Below are positions 46,510 through 56,182 of a DNA stretch of 64,000 nt, piece after piece. This DNA comes from Minisyncoccota bacterium (GTDB taxonomy: Bacteria > Patescibacteriota > Minisyncoccia > Phycocordibacterales > GWA1-40-21): contig JBAYKL010000001.1 of the NCBI GenBank assembly GCA_041664585.1, positions 123,384-187,383 on the forward strand. Reading direction: 5' to 3'. The position numbers and the translations under genes are program-made. The notes below the pieces were generated by a model. The model did not search any database. It was given only the letters and a program-made list of their open reading frames with translations, and was not told the origin of the DNA. Position 1 is the first letter of the stretch. Every line of letters begins with the position of its first letter.

Positions 46510-48367
46510 CTAAAGCCCCCGGACCACCAAAACCTCCCCTAGTGTTTGTGGTTGCTGAAGACGCCGACGTTTTTATACTAGTTGAACTAACTGTTGTTTT
46601 TTTAGTAACTATAAGTTGTCCTTCATAAAGTCCAGACAAAACTTCTGTACTAGTATTATTTGAAATCCCCGTAGTAATTTCTACATTGATAACAGGATAT
46701 TGGATATTACTAAGATTCTGAAATACTTTTGTACCGCTGGCTTGATAATTTCCAAATTGCCTTGAAGAAGTACCCTTTGTTGAAGAAGAAAAGTTTTTTG
46801 TAGTTGATGATTGAAACTCTTTTGTGGAAGAAGACACATCTGCGATTAAAACAAATTTCTTTCCGCCTATAGTTGTAATAGCAGAAGTTGGAATTATGAG
46901 TGTGCCAGAATGCTGCGTAGTAATGATGCTTACTGAAGCTGTCATACCGGCCTTGACTTGTTCATCTTGCTTATCCATTTTTATCTGCACAGCATAACTA
47001 ACAACACCCTGACTCACCGTTCCTAGTGGATCTATATAACCAACAACCCCAGTTAAAGAAAGACCAGGTAAAGAATCAAAACTAATTTTTACAATATTTC
47101 CTCCAGAAACCTTTGCTGCATCTACTTCATTTAATGTTACATTTATAACCTTCTCTGATGTGATAAGTGTTGCCAAAGAATCTGAGGAAGAAACTTGTTG
47201 ACCAACTTCGGCAGAAAGACCTCCAATCTGACCATCAAATGGAGCCGTAATAATTCTGCTTGAATACGCCTCCTCTGCGTTTGCTAAATTTGCTTTAGCA
47301 TTATCCAAACTAGCCTTTTGCACAGCCAAATCGTCTTCGGAAGCAGGCTCTAATTTTAGTGCCAGATTATCTTTTGCTTGTTGTAATGAAAAAACAGTAT
47401 TGTTATATGACTGTAGAGTAGAGACAAGATCGCTTATCAAGGAATCTATACTGCCTCTTGCACTTGAAGCCGTGCTTTTGTTTGTGTTTATAGATGACTG
47501 GCCACTTGAGTTAGAAGCCGTGCTATAAGATGCAAAAAGTATGGTCATATCATCAAAATAATTTCTCATCATATTCAAGTTTGATATAGCATTATTTATG
47601 GAAGCAACCAAATCATCTCCTATTGTCTGATTTCTTATATTCCCTCTCCACGTATTAAGCATTATACCGATATCATATCGACCAATATTTATATTATTTT
47701 CAAGTTGATAGTTTAAAAAACTTACACCATCTATCTTAAAAGATGGACTGGAAGAAACTGGATTATTTTCAAAAAAAGAATCAGTGCTCAAATAAATAGA
47801 GTTTGAGGCTGTGGTATATGCGCTCTTTAGTTTTATTAAAATATTTTGTTTTGCATTATCCAAAGATGTCTGAGCTTGTGTTAGTGTATTGTTTACAGAC
47901 AAAGCCTCAGAATCTGTCATGCCTTTGACTAATTTATCATAACTAGCTTGCGCACTAGTTACGCTAGCCTTAGCCTGATTTAGGGTCTGTAGAGCATTTT
48001 TACCATCTAAAATAGCCACAATCTGGCCGGCCTTCACATAATCTCCGTTCTTTACTTTTACAGATGTTATCTGACCAAGAGTTTGTGTTTGTCCTGTTGT
48101 ATTTGGTTTAATAGAAACCTTACTTAGTGTTGATACTTGTCCAGAACCAGAAATACTAACAACCAAATCTCCTTTCTGCACTTTACCAAATGTATATTCT
48201 ACCGTCTTGGTTTTAGTAAAAACTTTTGAAAAAAGTAAATAACCAGAATATATTAAAACAATTATTATTACCGCAGAAATAATTTTGTGTTTTAAAACAA
48301 AACCCTTTGTTTTTCTAAAATCTATTTTCTTGAAAAACTTTTTAATATTTTCTAGTATCTTTTTCAT
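46499..48367 (-). CDS. HlyD-like periplasmic adaptor with a long Ser/Thr/Gly-rich C-terminal tail.
   Basis: N-terminal transmembrane segment, biotinyl-lipoyl domain (KVKNGDYVKAGQIVAIL), coiled-coil, and beta-barrel domain. The last roughly 110 residues are low-complexity S/T-rich. Confidence 0.8.
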   Translation of the reverse strand: MKKILENIKKFFKKIDFRKTKGFVLKHKIISAVIIIVLIYSGYLLFSKVFTKTKTVEYTFGKVQKGDLVVSISGSGQVSTLSKVSIKPNTTGQTQTLGQITSVKVKNGDYVKAGQIVAILDGKNALQTLNQAKASVTSAQASYDKLVKGMTDSEALSVNNTLTQAQTSLDNAKQNILIKLKSAYTTASNSIYLSTDSFFENNPVSSSPSFKIDGVSFLNYQLENNINIGRYDIGIMLNTWRGNIRNQTIGDDLVASINNAISNLNMMRNYFDDMTILFASYSTASNSSGQSSINTNKSTASSARGSIDSLISDLVSTLQSYNNTVFSLQQAKDNLALKLEPASEDDLAVQKASLDNAKANLANAEEAYSSRIITAPFDGQIGGLSAEVGQQVSSSDSLATLITSEKVINVTLNEVDAAKVSGGNIVKISFDSLPGLSLTGVVGYIDPLGTVSQGVVSYAVQIKMDKQDEQVKAGMTASVSIITTQHSGTLIIPTSAITTIGGKKFVLIADVSSSTKEFQSSTTKNFSSSTKGTSSRQFGNYQASGTKVFQNLSNIQYPVINVEITTGISNNTSTEVLSGLYEGQLIVTKKTTVSSTSIKTSASSATTNTRGGFGGPGALGGM

Positions 48368-48378
48368 TTTTTAATAAG

Positions 48379-48870
48379 TTATTTTATTGCTGGTAAATCT
48401 TTAGCAGAGATTCCCTCTGGATTTGGCATAATTCTTATAAGTTTCGCCTCGACTTGTGCTTTGTCATCTGGAGAACCAATGACTGTAACAAAATCATTTA
48501 TTTTTAAATCTTCAGATTTAATTACTTCTTTAAATCTTTTTATATCCGTACTAGTGCTTATTACGACTGTCTTTTCAATGCCATCCCTATCAGTAACTAC
48601 AATGGAAGGTAGTTTTATACTAACAATCTTACCTATCGCACCATGAGAACTACCAAAATCATCCCTGCCAATTCCCATCATAGGGAAACCTTCTGGACCA
48701 CCCTTCATCTGTCTAAAATATTGTTCACCCATTCTAAAGGCAAAACCAGCTTTTTTAAAACCAACGAACATACCAGCTTGGAATATAATCAAGGCTATAA
48801 TTAAACCACCAATTATATATGCGATCGTTCTCAATTTTAAATTCTTAAAAGTTTCTTCTATATTTTTCAT
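48379..48870 (-). CDS. Hypothetical membrane-anchored protein in the export operon.
   Basis: One transmembrane helix plus a soluble domain. No recognisable family. Confidence 0.4.
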   Translation of the reverse strand: MKNIEETFKNLKLRTIAYIIGGLIIALIIFQAGMFVGFKKAGFAFRMGEQYFRQMKGGPEGFPMMGIGRDDFGSSHGAIGKIVSIKLPSIVVTDRDGIEKTVVISTSTDIKRFKEVIKSEDLKINDFVTVIGSPDDKAQVEAKLIRIMPNPEGISAKDLPAIK

Positions 48871-48879
48871 ATTTTTGTA

Positions 48880-49320
48880 TTAATTAAATTGATAAAAAAC
48901 CTTGCTCATGTTTTTAGAAAATGACAACACCAAGTTTAACGAAACGGTTAATACCCATATCGAAATCAAAACCAATGTAATAGCAAAGATTGGTAGGGTT
49001 TCTATAAGAGACATGACGTATGATTGCCAATAAGAAACAAGAGCGGATCCATCAGAAAACATTAGAGATACATACTCCGAAAGTCCTGATCGATAATAAT
49101 CTCTTATTATATTTACAAGCAAAAACACAACAGAAACTGCGGAACCCAAAGAAACAAATGAACTCAAGCCTATTTTTAATATAGACCTTTTAAATTCTTC
49201 TCTTTTGATCTTTTTTATAATAGAAACCTTAAGACTATTCTTTGGTTCCAAGATATTAAATAATTGTTTTTTGCCTTCCATATAATATCTAATACGTTGG
49301 CTTTTTTGATTTGGGTGCAT
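48880..49320 (-). CDS. Putative anti-sigma factor (membrane protein overlapping the 3' end of the ECF sigma gene).
   Basis: Two transmembrane segments. Overlaps the sigma gene, a typical sigma/anti-sigma arrangement. The start may be the internal MEGKKQ. Confidence 0.35.
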   Translation of the reverse strand: MHPNQKSQRIRYYMEGKKQLFNILEPKNSLKVSIIKKIKREEFKRSILKIGLSSFVSLGSAVSVVFLLVNIIRDYYRSGLSEYVSLMFSDGSALVSYWQSYVMSLIETLPIFAITLVLISIWVLTVSLNLVLSFSKNMSKVFYQFN

Positions 49321-49870
49321 TCAGAATATCCCTCATCTTTAATAATGCCCTTCTGTGATGGCTTTTGACAGTATCCTTTGGCATATTCATAATTTCAGCC
49401 ACTTCTGATAGCGATAATTCATTAACATATTTCATAACAATAATCTCTCTTTGAGTTATCGATAACTCCTTTAATATTTCATCAAAAATCTTCTTATTCT
49501 CTTTCAGAATAATTTTTTCCTCTGGGCTAGATTCCTCCGACTCTAAATTGTCTTGAATAAAATTTCCTCCATCTTCGTCGTCAAACACAGACATCGGTAT
49601 GTCTCTTTTCTTTCGTAAATAGTCTATGCAAGTATTTTTTGCAATAGAAAAAATCCAAGTCTTAAAACTTTTTTCAATATCAAATTTCTTTAGATTCTTC
49701 CAGACTTTCAAAAAAATCTCCTGGGTAATATCTTCCGCATCTTTCTCTGAACCAATAATCCTATAAGAAAAATTAAAAATAGATTTTAGATAAATATCCA
49801 CCAATTTAGGAAAAGAAGCTTCATCTCCATTTAAATAATCCTTTATTAAATCCAGATCTTTATCATTCAT
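49289..49870 (-). CDS. ECF-type sigma factor.
   Basis: Region 2 (EDITQEIFLKVWKNL) and region 4 (LSLSEVAEIMNMPKDTVKSHHRRALLKMR). Confidence 0.8.
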   Translation of the reverse strand: MNDKDLDLIKDYLNGDEASFPKLVDIYLKSIFNFSYRIIGSEKDAEDITQEIFLKVWKNLKKFDIEKSFKTWIFSIAKNTCIDYLRKKRDIPMSVFDDEDGGNFIQDNLESEESSPEEKIILKENKKIFDEILKELSITQREIIVMKYVNELSLSEVAEIMNMPKDTVKSHHRRALLKMRDILNAPKSKKPTY

Positions 49871-49915
49871 AAAGAGTTAGTTTATCACAAACAATAAGAT
49901 CCTGTAAAAAATAAA

Positions 49916-50488
49916 TTAATTCTTATGTCTTTCTTCTACCACAACCCAATTTATAGATTGAATAAATTTTTCTATATAATCTGCCCTTTTTATACCATAA
50001 TCTGTTATATATGAATGTTCCCAAACATCCATAACAAGTAATATTTCTTGCCCAACAAGCTGTCCAATGTCATGTTCTCCAATCCAGATATTCATCAAGG
50101 TATGATTTATTTTATCTTTCACCAAAACAACCCAACCAATACCCCTAGTAAGACCAACGGATTTAAAATTTTCAAGCCACTTTTCATAAGAAGAGAAAGA
50201 AATTGTTAGATCATTAAACAACAGACCGCTTGTGTTTAGTTCTTTAAAATCTTTTATGAGATTACTAAAATATAGTTCGTGCATTCTCATACCGTTCCAT
50301 TCCCAACCAAAACGTCTACGAATTTCATTACATTCTGAAGATCCATTTTCTAAACTCTTAAGTAAACCGTCAAAAATATTTACGTTCTTCACATAACCTT
50401 CATACAAAGCTACATGGTTTTTTAGCATCGTATCGCTAAAACCATTTAAACCCAAAAGATGATCGAATTTTTTAGCTTCGTAAATCAT
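49916..50488 (-). CDS. sod: Fe/Mn superoxide dismutase.
   Basis: DVWEHSY motif and conserved N-terminal metal-ligand His residues. Confidence 0.8.
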   Translation of the reverse strand: MIYEAKKFDHLLGLNGFSDTMLKNHVALYEGYVKNVNIFDGLLKSLENGSSECNEIRRRFGWEWNGMRMHELYFSNLIKDFKELNTSGLLFNDLTISFSSYEKWLENFKSVGLTRGIGWVVLVKDKINHTLMNIWIGEHDIGQLVGQEILLVMDVWEHSYITDYGIKRADYIEKFIQSINWVVVEERHKN

Positions 50489-51845
50489 TTATTTTATCTT
50501 CATTAACTGGATTTGGATTCTTTCTTATACCTACTCCGACAACAAATAATACGGCCAAAACTGACAATACAAGAAACCCAATAATCATTATTGTATATTT
50601 ACTATTCCAAACTTCTGGCTTCATATCGATAACTTGTTGTTGCACCACTGGTATTAATGTAGCTGCCTCTGCCGTCTTTGCAAAAGCAAAAGGGGTGCTC
50701 TTTGCTAAAATTTTCCCAGTATTATTAACGGTCGCCGTATAAATTATATGTTGCCCATCCTCCAGCTCTTTATCAAGAGTATACATCCATTCACCACTAG
50801 CATCAGTTTTTACAGTGACAATAACTGGGGTACTATAAATATATAAAGTAACGTAACTGTTTGGTAAAGCCTTACCTTTGAAGGTTACTTGTTTGTCCGA
50901 ATTTAAAGCTACCTCATTAATTTTATAAGTTGATATTTCTTTTACAGAGGAAACACCTGGCTCTTCGTGACTAATTTTTACAGTTGAAGTTGTTGCAGGA
51001 TCAAAACCTAAAAGTATTTTTTCTCCGGCATTTATCTTCTTTCCTTCGTAAACAGCCGTTGGGGATGTCTTTATGGGATCAATATTATAGACATAAATAG
51101 AATCGTAGTCAGAAACACCATCCTTATTTGTATCTTTATAAAGTAAATCTACACCTTCAGTTTTTACTTCAATTGCTTGCTCGACAATCTTAGAAGTCGT
51201 TGTCCCGAAAGAATTCACAACGTTCATTGTATTTTCTATTTTATATTTTAAATCAGTAGTTGGGGTAGAAAATGGAGCCGGTGTTACAGCCTTCTTCTCT
51301 TCTATTTTTGTTGTCGAGATTACACCAGTTTTTAAATCTTTACCAATCTGATCGTTCTCCTCTTTATCGTTTTTAACTGTCGATATTTGAATAGTTGGTA
51401 CTTCTTTTGGAACAACGTTTGTTGTGGTAGAAATAAAAGCTTTACTGGTTGTTGGTACAACGTAACCAGAAGTTGATGGACTAGACACTTCTTTGTTGGT
51501 AGAACCCCAGCCATTATAATTTGTAGAAGTATTATTAATAATAGTAGCGGGAATAGTAGGAGGAACAGCCACTGGATTATTTTCAGAATTCCAACCACCA
51601 GAAGTGCCACTGGTAGTAGCAATTGCGCTTCCCGTATTTATTGGTGTAACATTAAAGTTAACATCTCCTTTAGACTCAACTGTTTTATTTGTTGAATTCC
51701 AGCCACTTTTCACAAACCAATCACTTAAAGCAGCCTGTGTTGTCTGCCCAAACATAAAAACAATAACAATCAATAATCCAGTAATTAAATTAAAATGCCC
51801 AATGACTCTTAAGCTAGGAGAAGAATTAAAAAATATTTTTTTCAT
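50472..51845 (-). CDS. Thr/Ser-rich cell-surface protein with signal peptide and C-terminal transmembrane anchor.
   Basis: Signal peptide, T/S-rich linker, TSP3-like acidic motif DTNKDGVSDYD, C-terminal hydrophobic helix then KNPNP. Confidence 0.5.
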   Translation of the reverse strand: MKKIFFNSSPSLRVIGHFNLITGLLIVIVFMFGQTTQAALSDWFVKSGWNSTNKTVESKGDVNFNVTPINTGSAIATTSGTSGGWNSENNPVAVPPTIPATIINNTSTNYNGWGSTNKEVSSPSTSGYVVPTTSKAFISTTTNVVPKEVPTIQISTVKNDKEENDQIGKDLKTGVISTTKIEEKKAVTPAPFSTPTTDLKYKIENTMNVVNSFGTTTSKIVEQAIEVKTEGVDLLYKDTNKDGVSDYDSIYVYNIDPIKTSPTAVYEGKKINAGEKILLGFDPATTSTVKISHEEPGVSSVKEISTYKINEVALNSDKQVTFKGKALPNSYVTLYIYSTPVIVTVKTDASGEWMYTLDKELEDGQHIIYTATVNNTGKILAKSTPFAFAKTAEAATLIPVVQQQVIDMKPEVWNSKYTIMIIGFLVLSVLAVLFVVGVGIRKNPNPVNEDKINDLRS

Positions 51846-51859
51846 GATTATATTATAGA

Positions 51860-53236
51860 TTATTTACTTATAATTGGAAACGACAAAATAAAATGTGACC
51901 CAACCCCTTTTATAGACTCAACAGAAATGTCGCCTTTCATTTCGGTGACAATCTGATGTGTAATCCACAAACCCAAACCTGTACCTCTAATATTCTCTGT
52001 TTCTTTTGTCCTAATACGATAAAACTTTTCAAAAAGTCTCTCCCTCTCTTCGGCACTAATACCTATTCCTGTATCACTCACCCTTATGCACAAACGTCTG
52101 TTTTCCGTATATTGTCTAACTTTTACTTCTCCTTGCATCGTATACTTAACAGCATTACCTATTAAATTTGTAAGCACTTGTTTTAAACGATCTTTATCTG
52201 CAAAAATAATTTGCTCATCACTTACACCACTTTTGTCAAAAAAAATGGCTAATCCTTTCTCCTTTGCTGGTAATGCAAAAGATGCCATTAAAACGTCTAA
52301 TATTTCCACTGGACTAATTTTACTCATAGAAAAAGACATCCTACCCTGCTGTATTTTTGAAACATCCAAAATATCCCCAACTAAATTATCTAAATTTTTT
52401 GCTGAAACGTCTATCTTTTCTGCAAAGTCTTTTGTCTCTGGTAGAAGTTCCTTTGCATCACGAATAAATTCAGCGTAACCACGAATAATAGTAAGCGGGG
52501 TACGAAGTTCATGAGAAGCCATAGAAACGAAATCGTCTTTAAGCTGATCCACTTCTTTAAGTCTTTTATATAATTCCATATAATCAACAATTTTTGAATG
52601 TCTCAAAAACAAAAGCATAATAAAAACAATAATAACAGCCAGTAAGATCATACTATTTTTTATATTGGAATTTATAAGTTCATCTGCCTGAGACAAAGTT
52701 TGTGTCGTCATGACTACACCAAGAATATTTCCATCAGAACCTTTTATTGCTCTCGCTGTCTGAAATAAGCGTTCATCATCGCCGTTTAATTGGATAGTTA
52801 ATGAATGGTTTGAATCACCAGAAGCTAATGTGTAAAGTAAATCGGCCTGTGTATCGATAGCCCCAATTTGACTCTCATCATTTGAAGCCAAGACCATATA
52901 CTCACCCTGAGGTGTCGTCGTGGAATTGTTTTTCACCACGATACGAAAATTTTTGATTGTTTCATTAGCGTTTATGACTTCATAAATCTTGCGATTTAAG
53001 TAAACTGTATCTTTTATCCTGTCTCCAGCAAAAACCACAAAAGAATCTTGAATTGAACCGACACGAATATTTACAAGTCTTTCTTGGGCATCGTTTGCAA
53101 TACCCACAAATCTATCAGCCATAAAAACAAAGGAGCCTACAATGATAATTGCCACAAATACAGTATAAAATAGCTGGGGGTTACCTCTAACCTTTTGAGA
53201 CCCCTTCTTTAAATTTCCGAAAATAAAATCAAACAT
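51860..53236 (-). CDS. Sensor histidine kinase (two transmembrane helices plus extracytoplasmic sensor).
   Basis: H-box ASHELRTPLT, and HATPase_c N/G boxes (NLIGNAVKYT, DTGIGI, GTGLGL). Confidence 0.8.
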   Translation of the reverse strand: MFDFIFGNLKKGSQKVRGNPQLFYTVFVAIIIVGSFVFMADRFVGIANDAQERLVNIRVGSIQDSFVVFAGDRIKDTVYLNRKIYEVINANETIKNFRIVVKNNSTTTPQGEYMVLASNDESQIGAIDTQADLLYTLASGDSNHSLTIQLNGDDERLFQTARAIKGSDGNILGVVMTTQTLSQADELINSNIKNSMILLAVIIVFIMLLFLRHSKIVDYMELYKRLKEVDQLKDDFVSMASHELRTPLTIIRGYAEFIRDAKELLPETKDFAEKIDVSAKNLDNLVGDILDVSKIQQGRMSFSMSKISPVEILDVLMASFALPAKEKGLAIFFDKSGVSDEQIIFADKDRLKQVLTNLIGNAVKYTMQGEVKVRQYTENRRLCIRVSDTGIGISAEERERLFEKFYRIRTKETENIRGTGLGLWITHQIVTEMKGDISVESIKGVGSHFILSFPIISK

Positions 53237-53282
53237 AAAAAATAATTATCTTAGAAATATTATATCATAACTTTTACATATA

Positions 53283-53312
53283 TTAAAAAACAAAACCGAC
53301 TAGTATCGGTTT
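53283..53312 (-). terminator. Intrinsic terminator for the small basic ORF.
   Basis: AACCGA-CTAGTA-TCGGTT hairpin with a U-run on the minus strand. Confidence 0.45.
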
Positions 53313-53322
53313 TGTTTAAAAA

Positions 53323-53445
53323 TTATTTTTTACTCTTCTTTGTCTTTTTTACCGCCAACTTTGCATGCTTTACAGCCAATCTTTTCTTAGTCTTTTTTGA
53401 ACGACTTGTCTTATTCTTAATATCCTGACTTGCTCTTTTTGCCAT
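53323..53445 (-). CDS. Small highly basic protein (40 aa), hypothetical.
   Basis: MAKRASQDIKNKTSRSKKTKKRLAVKHAKLAVKKTKKSKK, with its own terminator. Below the ORF-track cutoff. Confidence 0.3.
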   Translation of the reverse strand: MAKRASQDIKNKTSRSKKTKKRLAVKHAKLAVKKTKKSKK

Positions 53446-53613
53446 ATATTTATTAATTAGTTATTATTATACCAACAAACATATTCTACTATCTTTCAGG
53501 ATAAAAAGCAAAGAAAAAAAACTAAATCCTATTCTAAAGGAGATTTCAAATTATATTTCCTATTAAGAAAGCCCGCTGTATCTTTAAAGTATTTATCAAA
53601 ATCACCCTCCTGT

Positions 53614-53970
53614 TTATTTATTATGCTTTTTAGATTTTTTAACTAAGCACTTTTTAGATGATTTATCAGTAAATACAAAACTACCGTGTTTTATGGCAAG
53701 TTTATTTTTTACTTCATTCCAAGAAACAAGCTCGTTCTGTTTAAATTCTACATTCGCCCTTTTCATTCTTACAACAAATCTTTTATCGTTTGCCATCATC
53801 AAATCCTCTATTAAAGAATCATATTCCTCGGCAGACATCACAGCCATTTTTGCTTTGCCATTTTCTGTAAAAATATAGTGGTTCCCCTCTTTCTGTATTT
53901 TTTCAGCAATATCAAAAATATTACTTCTCGCCTCTGTAATAGATATTATATTTTTTGTTTTTACAAACAT
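53614..53970 (-). CDS. Phd/YefM-like antitoxin-fold protein with a C-terminal extension of about 50 aa.
   Basis: N-terminal ISITEARSNIFDIAEKIQKEGNHYIFTENGKAKMAVMSAEEYDSLIEDL matches the Phd/YefM N-terminal domain pattern. Confidence 0.5.
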   Translation of the reverse strand: MFVKTKNIISITEARSNIFDIAEKIQKEGNHYIFTENGKAKMAVMSAEEYDSLIEDLMMANDKRFVVRMKRANVEFKQNELVSWNEVKNKLAIKHGSFVFTDKSSKKCLVKKSKKHNK

Positions 53971-54067
53971 AATTTTATTTATTTAAATAATAGTATGTAC
54001 ATAATAACGCACATAATAAATTAAAGCAAATTATATTTCCTACAAAAATAATTTAATCAAAACTTTA

Positions 54068-54808
54068 TTATTTATTTTCAATTTTAATTCTTCTTATATT
54101 TAAAGCCAGTGCAGAAACACCCACTTTCATACCGATCTCATTAGCCAAACTTCTCATATATGTTCCACTCGTACAAGAAACTCTTATAGAAATAACTTTG
54201 AATTCTTTCTGCTGTGTATTTTTAAGGGCCTTGTCCCAAGACTCTAAGGTTTCTTTCTGACGGAAATCTCCAAAAACCAAAGCAACAGAGTCTTTTACAA
54301 AATTTTCTAAATCTGATTTTGAAATATTTTTTTCACCAAGAAAATCAATACTTTTAATTTCCACATCTTTGGTGGGTATTTCGTCTTCAGAAATCCCGCC
54401 ACTTTTTGCTAAAGCAAAAAGCGGCTCCCCCCCCACAGTCTTGGAAGAAAAGGCTGGATATTTTTGAGAAAACTTGCCAACAAAAGTTGATAAAGTATCT
54501 TCTATACTAATAATTGATTGTGATGAAGTATCTTTAACCAACCCCAAAATATCATAAGTATCTGTAGAAAAACCAAACAACACATCTACTACATATTCTT
54601 TATCCAAACCAAGATATTTTTCTTTATTTTTACACTCTTCACCTACAAGCACCAAAAGTAACCCGGAAGCGAGAGGATCGAGCCTGCCAGCGTATGTCAT
54701 TTTTTCGTCTCTATATTCTGGATTGTCTTTTTTAAACCTATTCAAACACTCTAGGGGTGTTTCTCCCCTTTTCTTATCCAATATTAATACTGCTTGTTTT
54801 GACTCCAT
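54068..54808 (-). CDS. truB: tRNA pseudouridine(55) synthase TruB.
   Basis: Catalytic AGRLDPLASGLL motif. Confidence 0.85.
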   Translation of the reverse strand: MESKQAVLILDKKRGETPLECLNRFKKDNPEYRDEKMTYAGRLDPLASGLLLVLVGEECKNKEKYLGLDKEYVVDVLFGFSTDTYDILGLVKDTSSQSIISIEDTLSTFVGKFSQKYPAFSSKTVGGEPLFALAKSGGISEDEIPTKDVEIKSIDFLGEKNISKSDLENFVKDSVALVFGDFRQKETLESWDKALKNTQQKEFKVISIRVSCTSGTYMRSLANEIGMKVGVSALALNIRRIKIENK

Positions 54809-54849
54809 ATTTCAGCTACAATAATAGAACTATTATAAAAATAAACAAT

Positions 54850-56178
54850 ATGTCTAAAGAAACAAACAAAAAAGAAGCTGTCAGCACTGAATCATACAAA
54901 GGGGTAAGAGATTTCTATCCTGCCGACATGGCAATACAAAATTACATTTTCAGCAAGATGAAAAAAACCGCTGAAAGTTTTGGCTACTCAGAATATGGCG
55001 CGTCTGTACTTGAATATGCAGATTTATACAAAGCAAAATCTGGAGAAGAAATAGTAAATGAACAAACCTACACCTTTAAAGACAAGGGTGATCGTGAAGT
55101 GTCACTTAGACCAGAAATGACTCCTACTGTAGCCAGAATGATTGCCGCAAAACAAAAAGAGCTCTCGTTTCCTCTCAGATGGTATTCTATTCCCAACCTT
55201 TTCCGTTACGAAAAGCCGCAGAGAGGAAGAACTCGTGAACATTGGCAATTCAATGTTGATATATTTGGTGTAAAAAACATAAATGCAGATGTTGAAGTTA
55301 TTTCTCTAGCTTCATCTCTTATGAAATCTTTTGGATTTAAAGATGGCAATTTTGAAATTAGAGTTAATAATAGAAAAATCGTTAATTACATCCTCAATAA
55401 TCTCTTTACACTTGATGCAGATACAACAAAAATAATTTCAAGGCTTATTGATAGGAAAGATAAGATGAAAGATGGAGAATTTAATCAAGCAGTTCAAGAA
55501 ACTATCCCAGAAAGAAGTTCAGAGCTATTACAGCTTTTAAATTCAAAAAACTTTGAAGAGTTTGTCTCTCGTCTGCCAAAGAGCGCCGAACTACAAGAAG
55601 GTATCATAGAGACAAAGGAACTCATAAAAAAACTTGAGGACCTAGGAATTACAAATGTGGTCTTTAGCCAAAGCTTAATGCGTGGATTTGATTACTACAC
55701 AGGAATGATATTCGAGATAATGGACACTCATCCAGACAACATAAGGGCAATATTCGGCGGAGGTAGATATGATGATCTCCTAGATATTTTTGGTAAAGAT
55801 AAAGTTCCTGCTGTCGGATTTGGTATGGGAGATGTAGGAATACGTAATATGCTTGAAACATACAGTATACTTCCAGAGATTGTAGCCCCAGCAGAATTAT
55901 ATATCTGTATACAAAACGAAAGTTCAATCGGATTTGCTCAAGATTTAGCACAAAAGCTTAGGAATAATGGTCTCAAGGTATCGGTAGATTATTCTGGAAA
56001 GAAATTTGGAGACCAAATCAAATACGCCGATAAAAACAAAATCCCTTTCATTACCTGTATTGGAGATGAGGAAGTAAAAAACGGTAAATTCAAAATTAAA
56101 GAACTTACATCTGGAGAAGAGATAATTCTTTCTGACAATGAGATTGTAGATAGTATCAGAAACATATCATCAAAATAA
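54850..56178 (+). CDS. hisS: Histidine--tRNA ligase.
   Basis: Class II motifs 1-3 (FRYEKPQRGRTREHWQFNVD, GGGRYDDL) and the anticodon-binding domain. Start at MSKETN (54850). Confidence 0.9.
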   Translation: MSKETNKKEAVSTESYKGVRDFYPADMAIQNYIFSKMKKTAESFGYSEYGASVLEYADLYKAKSGEEIVNEQTYTFKDKGDREVSLRPEMTPTVARMIAAKQKELSFPLRWYSIPNLFRYEKPQRGRTREHWQFNVDIFGVKNINADVEVISLASSLMKSFGFKDGNFEIRVNNRKIVNYILNNLFTLDADTTKIISRLIDRKDKMKDGEFNQAVQETIPERSSELLQLLNSKNFEEFVSRLPKSAELQEGIIETKELIKKLEDLGITNVVFSQSLMRGFDYYTGMIFEIMDTHPDNIRAIFGGGRYDDLLDIFGKDKVPAVGFGMGDVGIRNMLETYSILPEIVAPAELYICIQNESSIGFAQDLAQKLRNNGLKVSVDYSGKKFGDQIKYADKNKIPFITCIGDEEVKNGKFKIKELTSGEEIILSDNEIVDSIRNISSK

Positions 56179-56182
56179 CATA

